Under the pieces are notes generated by a model, which searched no databases, had not been told where the DNA came from, and was given only the letters and a program-made list of their open reading frames with translations. A stretch of 64,000 nt of DNA, from positions 1,609,468 through 1,673,467 of the forward strand of contig CAVZKA010000001.1 of the NCBI GenBank assembly GCA_963775725.1, written 5' to 3'. A program made the translations under genes and the position numbers. Positions 21,628-29,615 of this stretch are shown one piece after another (positions within the stretch are counted from its first letter, which is position 1; every line of letters begins with the position of its first letter). The stretch is from an uncultured Acidobacteriota bacterium. GTDB lineage: Bacteria > Acidobacteriota > Thermoanaerobaculia > UBA5066 > Gp7-AA6.

Positions 21628-21648
21628 GCACGACCGGGACGCTGATCG
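21597..21648 (+). repeat. Degenerate duplicate of the promoter/start region of the 23097 glycosyltransferase
   Basis: GCGGCTACAATCTC...CTTGAGCACGACCGGGACGCTGATCG versus GCGGCTACAATCTC...CTTGAGAACGACCGGGACGCCGATCG at 23070-23121. Confidence 0.8.
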
Positions 21649-21677
21649 TGCGGGGCTTGGGGTTCAACTGTGCACCT

Positions 21678-21733
21678 CTGTATGTGGCGGGCGGAACCGG
21701 GGCGAAGTCGGGAACGCACGGTTGATCCCATCG
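21678..21733 (+). repeat. 56-bp junction motif, copy 2 (partial third copy at 22001-22023)
   Basis: Core GGAACGCACGGTTGATCCCAT; third copy reads GGAATACACGGTTGATCCCAT. Confidence 0.8.
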
Positions 21734-21736
21734 TCA

Positions 21737-21990
21737 CCCTGTCGCTCAGCGAGACCGTCCTCCTCATCCAAGCCGCGCACCCGTATCTATCGCATTCGGT
21801 CGATCGAGCGAAATGCTTCACTTGACAAGATCCACGCCCTTCTCGAGCTGCGCCATGTCTTCTCCCGCGGCCGCTTCGGGTCGTGGAAGTACGAGATCGG
21901 CAACCAGGAGCACTCGCCGATGCAGGGCGTCGAGCTCGTTGAGCGGCGGATGGACGGGATGGAGGAGAAGGTGTTGCGGAGCTGACTCCG
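21737..21990 (+). pseudogene. Second degenerate duplicate of the oxidoreductase 3' end
   Basis: ...RNASLDKIHALLELRHVFSRGRFGSWKYEIGNQEHSPMQGVELVERRMDGMEEKVLRS* followed by the same CTCCG as the intact gene. Confidence 0.9.
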
Positions 21991-22175
21991 CTTGCGAATA
22001 CAGGAATACACGGTTGATCCCATGGGAGAGTCCATGGGACCCGTCGAGGGGGACCGGCGAGATGGTAGACCGAAAGTCTCATCGAGACTCAGGTGAGGGT
22101 GGTTTCCAGGAATTCCCAGGTCGGCTCGGGCCGACGGTGAGCCGTTCGTCCGGGCAATTTTGAAAGGAGATCGTG

Positions 22176-23002
22176 ATGCGATCGTGGAGACTTGCCCTGT
22201 CCTTGCGGCGATAGTCGTGGCTGTTGCAGCGAATGGTTATGCGCAAGATAGTGACTCCGGGGTCCCGAGCAAGCCGATCGCTCCTCCCACGGCGCCGGCA
22301 GCACCGAAGGCGCGGCCGGTGAGCCCGGATTTCGGAACCGCGCAAGAGCATTACGTGCGGATCGGCGGCTCCGAATTTGTCCCGGACGGCTCCTCAGCCA
22401 CCGGCTGGACGAACACCTGGATGCCCGAGGGTACGGGCTACTACTGGAGGGGCTTTTTCATCAGCAGCTTCGTCTACCCGCACGTGTACGCATGGATCCA
22501 TGCCCCGGGCGGCTCCCAGTTGGCCTATGCGGAGCTCGATTACTGCAATAGCGACGCGACGCGCAACCTAATCATGAACATCTATTCCTGCGACTATACC
22601 GGCGCCTGCTTCTCGACTCCCATCGCGACGCTGACCGGAGGGGCGAACAGCGGCTGTGCCAGTATCCCCATCTACAGTATCGGATCCTCGACGGTAGACA
22701 ATTATTTGCGCGAGTACCTGCTCGACGTCGTCTGGCCGACGCCCGGACCGCTGAACTCCTCGATCGCGCTCGCGGGCGCCATCATCGGGTGGAAGTATCA
22801 GGTCAGTCCGGCGCCCGGTTCGGCGACGTTCAATGACGTCGCTCCCGGCGACTTCGGATTCCAGTGGATCGAAGCCCTTGCGGCTTCCGGCATCACGGGC
22901 GGTTGCGGGGGCGGCAACTATTGCCCGAACGCGAACCTGACCCGGGCGCAGATGGCAATTTTCCTCTCGAAGGCACTCGGCCTCTACTGGGGCGGTTACT
23001 AG
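22176..23002 (+). CDS. Secreted protein with C-terminal SLH-type domain (array copy 5; apparent 1-nt frameshift in the signal peptide near 22200)
   Basis: AAAGGAG RBS plus ATG 22176 gives MRSWRLAL then a stop; adding one base joins it to VLAAIVVAVAANGYAQ. C-terminus FNDVAPGDFGFQWIEALAASGITGGCGGGNYCPNANLTRAQMAIFLSKALGL. Confidence 0.8.
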
Positions 23003-23024
23003 ATCATCGTAGCGAGGGACCCCG

Positions 23025-23057
23025 AGCGGCCGGCCGTCGACGCCGGCTGTTTCGTTT
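23025..23057 (+). terminator. Conserved hairpin (copy 5 of 5, diverged)
   Basis: AGCGGCCGGC-cgtcgac-GCCGGCTGTT followed by TCGTTT. Confidence 0.6.
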
Positions 23058-23096
23058 CCAGCCCTCCGAGCGGCTACAATCTCTCGTCACACTCAC

Positions 23097-25061
23097 TTGA
23101 GAACGACCGGGACGCCGATCGGACTGCGCCGGGTGGCGCCGTGGCTGGGCCTGATCGGCCTGGCGGCGCTCGTGGCCGCGTCGACCGCGATGGCCTCGCA
23201 GACGCTGCCGGCCCGCGCCGTTGCGTGCCTCGCGTTCGGGCTGGTTGCATGGATGGCAGTCGCGTGGATGGATCCGCCGGCGCCCGATGCCCTCGGACCG
23301 CTCGACGCGCCCGCGCGGCGGCCGCGGATGATCCCCCTCGTCGCGTCGCTCGCGGCGGCAGGAGTGACGTGCTGGAAGATGCCTGCGGAGGAATTCCGCC
23401 TTCCCGGCGTGGCGGCCTGGATTGCGGCGCTCGCCTTCTGGCTCTGGGCCTGGTGGCCGGCGCGGGCGCCGGCGTCCGCGCGGCCGGCGGCAAAGCCCGT
23501 TGGATCGGGACCGCGTTGGCTCGTCGCCGCCGTGCTCGCGGTCCTGGTGGCCATAGCGGCCTGGTTCCACTTTCACGATCTCGCCGGCGTTCCGTCCAAT
23601 CCGGTCAGCGACCACGCGGAGGAGATGCAGGATTTGCGCGACCTGCTCGGCGGGCGGCACGGCATCTACTTTTTCGGCAACCTTGGAATCGCGCCGTTCC
23701 ATTCCTACTGGACCGCGGGGTTCCTGGAGGTCCTCGACCTCCCGGTGCGATACCGGTGGGTGAAGGCCGCGACCGCGACGTTCGGCCTCCTCCTCGTCCC
23801 GGCCCTGTACCTCGTCGGGGCGGAGCTCGGCGGTGCGGGGCTGGGTCTGTCCGCGGCGGCTTTCGCCGCATGGGGCAAGTGGCCCGTATCGCTCGCGCGC
23901 CAGGGGCAGGAATACGACTATGCCGTGCCGATCACGGCCTTCGTGCTCTGGGCCCTGCTGCGCTGGCTGCGTCGGGGAGATCGGGGCTCCGTGATCGCCG
24001 CGGGCGTGGGTGTCGGCGTCGGGTTGTCGACGTATACGTCGTTTCGCATCGTCCCGCTCCTCGTGCCGCTGGCGGTGGCTGCGGCAATCTTCGATGGCCG
24101 CCGCCGGGGCCGACGATGGAGTTGCGTCGGGGACGGCGCCGTTGCGGGGGCGACCGCGACCCTCCTTTTTCTGCCGGTCCTCAAGTACGCGCTCGTCGGT
24201 GAGCATCGGGAGTTCTTCTGGGCACGGATCCTCACGCGCGCCACCGGCGCCGAGAGGACCGTCACGGGCAGCCCGCTCGCGATCTTCGTGAACAACCTCT
24301 GGAACATGGCGAGGGCCTTTCACTGGAAGGGTGCGTCGACCTGGACGGTGCTCGCCCAGTACGACCCGTTTCTCGATGCGATCTCCGGCGCGCTCCTGCT
24401 GGCCGGCCTCATCCTGGCGTTTCGCTGCGCGATCGGCGGCGCGTGGCGGTGGGCCTGGCTCCTGCCCGTTCTCTTCGTTCTGACGCTTCCCTCGACCCTC
24501 GTCTTTGCCTTTCCCTTGGAGAACCCGAGCCTGAATCGGGCCGGGAACGCGATCCCGGTCGTATTCCTCCTGGCGGGACTCTCGTTTGCCCACCTGTGGC
24601 GCGGGTTTCTGCGAGAGCGCGTCGCGCTGCGCGTCGCGGGCATCGTGACGCTGCTCGCGGGGGCAAGCGCATCCATGCGCGCAAACGCGGAGTCCTACTT
24701 CGTGCAGTTCGGAGTGTCGTACGACGCCGTCATCGAACACGCGATGGAGATCGCCGCAGTCATCGGCCAGTATCGCGCGCGGGGAGTCCCGATCGGGCAG
24801 CAGTACCTGCTCGCGGTCGACTACTGGGTGGACGCCCGCAACATCGCGCTCGAGCTCGGCGACCCGTCCTGGAGCGACACCAACAACATCGGGCCGCCGA
24901 AGATCCCGGAGGGGCTGACCGTGCGGCCGCTCGTCTTCGTGTACCGGGCGAACGACAAGGAGCGGGTGCGCGCGCTCGAGCGCCTCTATCCGGGCGGGAA
25001 GACCCGCATCATTCCGCAGTCGCAGCACGACCGCGACTTCGGCGTCTACGTCGTGCGCTGA
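23097..25061 (+). CDS. GT-C (PMT/ArnT/GT39-like) integral membrane glycosyltransferase
   Basis: Many TM helices, periplasmic SDHAEE motif after the first TM block, GLSTYTSFR, and a C-terminal soluble domain. Confidence 0.75.
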   Translation: MRTTGTPIGLRRVAPWLGLIGLAALVAASTAMASQTLPARAVACLAFGLVAWMAVAWMDPPAPDALGPLDAPARRPRMIPLVASLAAAGVTCWKMPAEEFRLPGVAAWIAALAFWLWAWWPARAPASARPAAKPVGSGPRWLVAAVLAVLVAIAAWFHFHDLAGVPSNPVSDHAEEMQDLRDLLGGRHGIYFFGNLGIAPFHSYWTAGFLEVLDLPVRYRWVKAATATFGLLLVPALYLVGAELGGAGLGLSAAAFAAWGKWPVSLARQGQEYDYAVPITAFVLWALLRWLRRGDRGSVIAAGVGVGVGLSTYTSFRIVPLLVPLAVAAAIFDGRRRGRRWSCVGDGAVAGATATLLFLPVLKYALVGEHREFFWARILTRATGAERTVTGSPLAIFVNNLWNMARAFHWKGASTWTVLAQYDPFLDAISGALLLAGLILAFRCAIGGAWRWAWLLPVLFVLTLPSTLVFAFPLENPSLNRAGNAIPVVFLLAGLSFAHLWRGFLRERVALRVAGIVTLLAGASASMRANAESYFVQFGVSYDAVIEHAMEIAAVIGQYRARGVPIGQQYLLAVDYWVDARNIALELGDPSWSDTNNIGPPKIPEGLTVRPLVFVYRANDKERVRALERLYPGGKTRIIPQSQHDRDFGVYVVR

Positions 25062-25888
25062 GGGACGAGGGCGCCGTTCTCGGCGTAGAGGAAGCCGAGC
25101 TCGCGCCACGCGGGGCTCGGATGGACGCGCACGCGGAACCCCCGGGTCTCGAGGAAGGCGGCGAGCTCTTCGTGGGAGTGCTCCGTGACATGGTCGTGGA
25201 ACTCGAGGGCGATGCGGGCGATCCGGGAGAGCGCCGCCTCCGGCAGGCCGAGGAGGATCTCGAATTCCGCGCCCTCGCAGTCGATCTTGAGAAAGTCGCA
25301 GCGAGTAATGCCGAGGCGCTCGAAGGCCGAGGCCAGCGTGCTGGCCCGCACGGCGATGGGGACGCCGGCGCGGTTGGCGCCGTCGCCCGCCGTCCTGTGC
25401 TGGCCGGAGAGTCCCGTGACCGTGTAGAGGGCGAGCATGCCGTCGGCCGCGGCGATGGCCTCCGGGAACGCGCGCGCGTTCCGGACCCCGTTGACGCGCA
25501 GGTGCTCCTCGAGCCGCGCGAAGGATTCGGGGAGGGGCTCGAAGGCGTAGATCCTGCCGCCAGGGCAGAGGCGCCCCGCGTGCACCGTGAAGTCGCCCAT
25601 CCCGGCGCCGACGTCGACGACGGTCCAGTCCGGCTCGATGCGCGCGTCCCGTTCGTAGTCGCGGTCGAGGCACGACTCCTTGAGGATCCAGACGTCCATC
25701 CGGGTCGAAACGCGGAACCGCGCGCCGCCGTCGAGCGTGACGACGAGAGGAAGCGGAACGGGCAGCCCGAGGAAGAGCCGCAGGATCCCGCTGACCGGCC
25801 GCATCCCGAGCAGGATCGTCGGGATGGAGGAGAGATAGTAGATCCAGCGCGTCGCGCCCCGGCTGCCCGCGCGCCGCGTCGGCGTCAC
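25046..25888 (-). CDS. FkbM-family SAM methyltransferase
   Basis: VVDVGAGMG, IYAFEP, DFLKIDCEGAEFEIL, LEFH. Confidence 0.88.
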   Translation of the reverse strand: MTPTRRAGSRGATRWIYYLSSIPTILLGMRPVSGILRLFLGLPVPLPLVVTLDGGARFRVSTRMDVWILKESCLDRDYERDARIEPDWTVVDVGAGMGDFTVHAGRLCPGGRIYAFEPLPESFARLEEHLRVNGVRNARAFPEAIAAADGMLALYTVTGLSGQHRTAGDGANRAGVPIAVRASTLASAFERLGITRCDFLKIDCEGAEFEILLGLPEAALSRIARIALEFHDHVTEHSHEELAAFLETRGFRVRVHPSPAWRELGFLYAENGALVPQRTT

Positions 25889-26883
25889 GATTTCTTCGCG
25901 GCCGCGTGGATGTGGATCGTCCCGATCGCGCTCGCCGCCGTGTCGACCACGTAGAGCACGCCGTTTCCGGCGTCGAGGGCGAGGCCGGTGGGCTTCAGGA
26001 ACTTCTTGCCGGCGTCGTCGGCGTCCCACTTGTGGACGACCCTGCCGGCGTGGTCGATTTCCAGGACGGCGCTTCCAGCCGGGACCGTGGCGAAGATGTT
26101 GTCCTTGTCGTCCACCGCGAGGTAGGGCTCCATGGAGTCCGTCCATGCGGCGACCGGGATCGCGCGCTCGAACTTGCCCTGGGCGCCGAGGACCTGGATG
26201 CGATGGTTCCCGATGTCGGCGACGTAGACGCGGCCCGAAGCGGACACGGCGAGGCCCACGGGCGAGGAGAGGCCGTCCGCGCCCGCGCCGCTCTTGCCGA
26301 CGTAGCGCACGGGCTGGCCCGCCGCCACGATGGCGATGCGGTTGTTTCCGGAGTCGGCGATCCAGACCGTGCCGTCGGGCCCGACCGCCACGCCGCGCGG
26401 CCCATAGAGGCCCTCGACGACCGTGTCGCGGAACTGGCCGGACGTCGTCAGGTGCTGCACGCGGCCGTTCCAGGTGTCCGCGACGTACACATCGTCACCA
26501 TGCACCGCGACGTCGGCCGGGTCCTGCATCTGGAACTTGCCGTTGCCGCGCACGCCGCCCCATCCGCCGAGGGATCCGCCGGCGCCGTCGAAGATCGCCA
26601 CGCGCGAGTGTCCGAAGTCGCTGACCCAGAGGCGGCCCTTGCCGTCGAGCGCGGCGCCCCGCGGCTCGGCGAGCCCGGCCCACGGACCCTTTCCGGGCTC
26701 CGGGGAGGACAGGATCACCGGGGGCGCGTCGACGGGACGAGGGGCCGGCGACGCGGCGGCGGCCGGCGGCGATGCCGCGCCCGCGCCGCCGGGCTTCTCC
26801 TGGCGCTTGCAGGCGGAAGCGGAAACGAGAGCAAGGACGACGCCGACGAGCGGCAATACGACGTTCCACCGTGGCTTGGTCAT
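25885..26883 (-). CDS. NHL-repeat (beta-propeller) lipoprotein
   Basis: Lipobox-like LVSASAC; repeats EPRGAALD, YVADTWNGRV, YGPRGVAV, YVADIGNHRIQV. Confidence 0.85.
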   Translation of the reverse strand: MTKPRWNVVLPLVGVVLALVSASACKRQEKPGGAGAASPPAAAASPAPRPVDAPPVILSSPEPGKGPWAGLAEPRGAALDGKGRLWVSDFGHSRVAIFDGAGGSLGGWGGVRGNGKFQMQDPADVAVHGDDVYVADTWNGRVQHLTTSGQFRDTVVEGLYGPRGVAVGPDGTVWIADSGNNRIAIVAAGQPVRYVGKSGAGADGLSSPVGLAVSASGRVYVADIGNHRIQVLGAQGKFERAIPVAAWTDSMEPYLAVDDKDNIFATVPAGSAVLEIDHAGRVVHKWDADDAGKKFLKPTGLALDAGNGVLYVVDTAASAIGTIHIHAAAKKS

Positions 26884-26915
26884 TGCAGTCGTGCTCCCTT
26901 TCAGCAAAGTCATGA

Positions 26916-29615
26916 CTAGCGCAGCGCGTCCAGCGGCCAGGACAGGACGCGGTTCAGGTCGCGGTCGGTGACGAGGACATGTCCGAAGGCGTCGAGCGCG
27001 ATGCCGGTGGGGCGCTTCAACGCGTCGGACTTGAACGACTTCAGGAACGCGCCGGTCGCGTCGTACTGGGCGAGGCGCGCCTTCCACGAATCGGTCAGCA
27101 GGACGCTGTCTCCCGGCCCGATCACGAGGTAGGGCTCGGTGTAGAAGTCCTTCCAGCCGTAGACCGGGAACTGCCGCAGGAACTTGCCGTCGGCGTCGAA
27201 GACCTGGATGCGATGGTTGCCGGTGTCGGCCACGTAGATGCGGCCCGAGGAGTCGGCGGCCAGGCCCACGGGCTCGATGAACTGCCCCGGATCGGAGCCC
27301 GCCCCGCCCCAGCGGCCCGTCACGGCGCCGGTCGCCGCGTCGAAGCGCACGATGCGCTTGTTCCCGGTGTCCGAGACGTAGAGGGCGCCGCGGGACAGGA
27401 CGAGCGAGCGCGGCCCGAAGAAGGCCTTCTCCGGATCGGTCCAGACGCCGCCCCACTCGCCGTTCGGCCCGAAGCGCGCGATGCGGTGGTTCCAGGTGTC
27501 CGCCACGAAGACCACCCCGTCCGCCCCGACGACGACGCCGGAGGGCTCGTTCAGCTGGCCGTCGCCCGGTCCCTTGTTCCCGATCGCGCGCAGGAATCCG
27601 CCGTTCGGATCGAGGACCTCGATGCGCGAGTTCTTCGAGTCGGCCACGTAGATGTTGCCGCTCCCGTCCGCGGCCACTCCGCGCGGCTCGGCGAACTCGG
27701 CGGGACCGGGGCCGGCCGTCCCGAAGACGCGCGGGGCCGGAAGCTCGGTTGCGTCGGAGGGGTAGTCGCGCGACGACGTGTCCTGGACCTGGAGCTGCAG
27801 CGGTTCGAGGAGCCCCGTGCCGCCGAGGTCCTTGCGCACGAAGAACGTCGCGTCCTGCGACCCGATGGGGCTCCAGATCTCGTGGAAAAGCCACCAGCGC
27901 AAGGCGTCCCGAAGGGTCGGGCGCGAGACGCCGCCTTCCTTCGACGGCTCCGGGAACCACCAGGCGCGGATCGGCACCCGCCTGGCGTCGTACTTGGAGG
28001 CGAGCTGCTTCTCGAGAGCGCCCTCCGGATCCCAGTCGCCGACGATCACGGGCGTGGTGGCCTGGTCGATCCGCGAGGCCCACTGCGCATTGACGTCGCG
28101 CAGGTACCAGGTCAGCGGCCACGTGGCCTCGCCGACGATCGTGACGACCGGCTGCCCGGCGGGAACGCGGGATTTTGCGGTCTCCACCGCGGACAGGGCC
28201 CGGACGAGGTCCCTGGTTGTCTGGACGTAGGCGAGCATCTCGGCGTGGCCGGGCTCCTTCTCCTTGTCGTGCGCGCCGTATCGGAACGCGGCCAGGTACA
28301 TGCCGCTCGTGTTCACCACGAGCAGGAGTCCGGTCGCCGCCAGCGCGACGGCCGCCCAGGGCCGGCGCCGGACGCCCCACAGCCGCACCACGCCGAGCGC
28401 GGCGAGGATGGTGAGCGGCAGCAGCGGGTGCACCGTGAGCCAGGGCACTTTCTCCCGCGCCCAGCCGTAGATCGCGAGCGATCCCACGGCCCAGAACGCG
28501 ACGAAGCGCACGAAGAGGGGCGTCTCGGGCGGATCGGGGTCCTTCCACACGAAGAGCGCCACGGCCGCGGCCGCGAGCGCCAGCAGCAGGGCCCCCCATG
28601 CGGGCAGCATGGGCGACTCGGGGCGCATCGCCTTGTAGAGCCCGGCGACGAGGGTGATCGGGGCGAGCAGAAGGACCGCTCGCAGCAGCGGATCGCGCCG
28701 CCACTCCCTCCACGGAAACGCGAAGCACGCGGCGAGCAGGATCGCCGTGTCGTAGTACGCCAGCTGGGGGAAGTAGTAGTACCAGGGGCCCGGGATGCGC
28801 GCGATGGCGTGCTGGCCCATCCAGTACTTCACGGCCTTCGGGATCGCGAGCCAGTCTCCGGGGTACTTCCCGAACGCCGTGTACATCGTGGACCAGATGA
28901 GCAGGAAGAGAACGCCGGCCGTGATGATCGGCACGAGGTGCTGGAACGTCCACCCGACCGCGCCGCGCAGGGCCGCGCGCGGCCGCGGACCGAGGGGCGA
29001 GCCGATGCCGCGCACGAGGCACCAGAGCCCGTAGACGACGAAGAGGACGCCCGTCATGTAGGCGTTCTCCTTCGTCACGCCCGCGAACGCGAAGGCGGCG
29101 GCCGAGAGCATCAGCCACTTCGAGCGGTCGGTCTCCAGGAAGCGCTGGAAGGCGATGATCGTGGCGAACGTGAAGACGAGCGAATACAGGTCTTCCCGGA
29201 TGAACCGCGAGAAGTACGTGAAGTGCGCCGAGGTCAGCACCAGGACGGCGTACACCGCGGCCGCGGGCTTGCCGATCCAGCGCCGCAGCGGCCAGGCGAA
29301 TCCGATCAGGATCAGGCCGAAGATTGCGGGCATGAGGCGCGCGGTGAAATCGGTCGCGCCGAACACCTTGTAGACGAGCGCGTTGACGTAATAGAGAAAC
29401 GGGCCGTGGTAGGCCGGGTCGTAGCGCCAGTCGCCGCCGCGCGAGAGCGACCACGACTGGTAGGCGTGGATCGATTCGTCGTGGTGGAGCGGACGCGCGC
29501 CGAGCGCCCAGAAACGAGTCAGGCCGGCTGCGATCGCGAGGATCGCGATGAAGAGCAGGGCGCCGGCCGTCAGCCGCGAGCGCTCCGGGGACCGGGCGAG
29601 CCCGGCATCGTTCAA
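26916..29615 (-). CDS. TIGR03663/Agl23-like GT-C membrane protein fused to NHL repeats
   Basis: TTG 29615 overlaps the upstream stop. RPLHHDESIHA, YDPAYHGP, SRFIRED, TKENAY, EKVPWL, YVQT, WPLTWYLR; C-terminal NHL repeats. Confidence 0.85.
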   Translation of the reverse strand: MNDAGLARSPERSRLTAGALLFIAILAIAAGLTRFWALGARPLHHDESIHAYQSWSLSRGGDWRYDPAYHGPFLYYVNALVYKVFGATDFTARLMPAIFGLILIGFAWPLRRWIGKPAAAVYAVLVLTSAHFTYFSRFIREDLYSLVFTFATIIAFQRFLETDRSKWLMLSAAAFAFAGVTKENAYMTGVLFVVYGLWCLVRGIGSPLGPRPRAALRGAVGWTFQHLVPIITAGVLFLLIWSTMYTAFGKYPGDWLAIPKAVKYWMGQHAIARIPGPWYYYFPQLAYYDTAILLAACFAFPWREWRRDPLLRAVLLLAPITLVAGLYKAMRPESPMLPAWGALLLALAAAAVALFVWKDPDPPETPLFVRFVAFWAVGSLAIYGWAREKVPWLTVHPLLPLTILAALGVVRLWGVRRRPWAAVALAATGLLLVVNTSGMYLAAFRYGAHDKEKEPGHAEMLAYVQTTRDLVRALSAVETAKSRVPAGQPVVTIVGEATWPLTWYLRDVNAQWASRIDQATTPVIVGDWDPEGALEKQLASKYDARRVPIRAWWFPEPSKEGGVSRPTLRDALRWWLFHEIWSPIGSQDATFFVRKDLGGTGLLEPLQLQVQDTSSRDYPSDATELPAPRVFGTAGPGPAEFAEPRGVAADGSGNIYVADSKNSRIEVLDPNGGFLRAIGNKGPGDGQLNEPSGVVVGADGVVFVADTWNHRIARFGPNGEWGGVWTDPEKAFFGPRSLVLSRGALYVSDTGNKRIVRFDAATGAVTGRWGGAGSDPGQFIEPVGLAADSSGRIYVADTGNHRIQVFDADGKFLRQFPVYGWKDFYTEPYLVIGPGDSVLLTDSWKARLAQYDATGAFLKSFKSDALKRPTGIALDAFGHVLVTDRDLNRVLSWPLDALR

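Noticed and set aside
16460-21990. Diversity-generating retroelement (TR/VR pair) explaining the repeated gene ends
   Set aside because: No reverse transcriptase in the window, and the differences between copies are not adenine-specific; many are synonymous or indels.
17955-23057. CRISPR array or classical integron attC sites
   Set aside because: Hairpins are spaced by 0.3-1.9 kb of genes rather than short spacers. I see no convincing RYYYAAC/GTTRRRY attC architecture and no cas or intI gene. A TTCG loop with a T-rich tail fits terminators.
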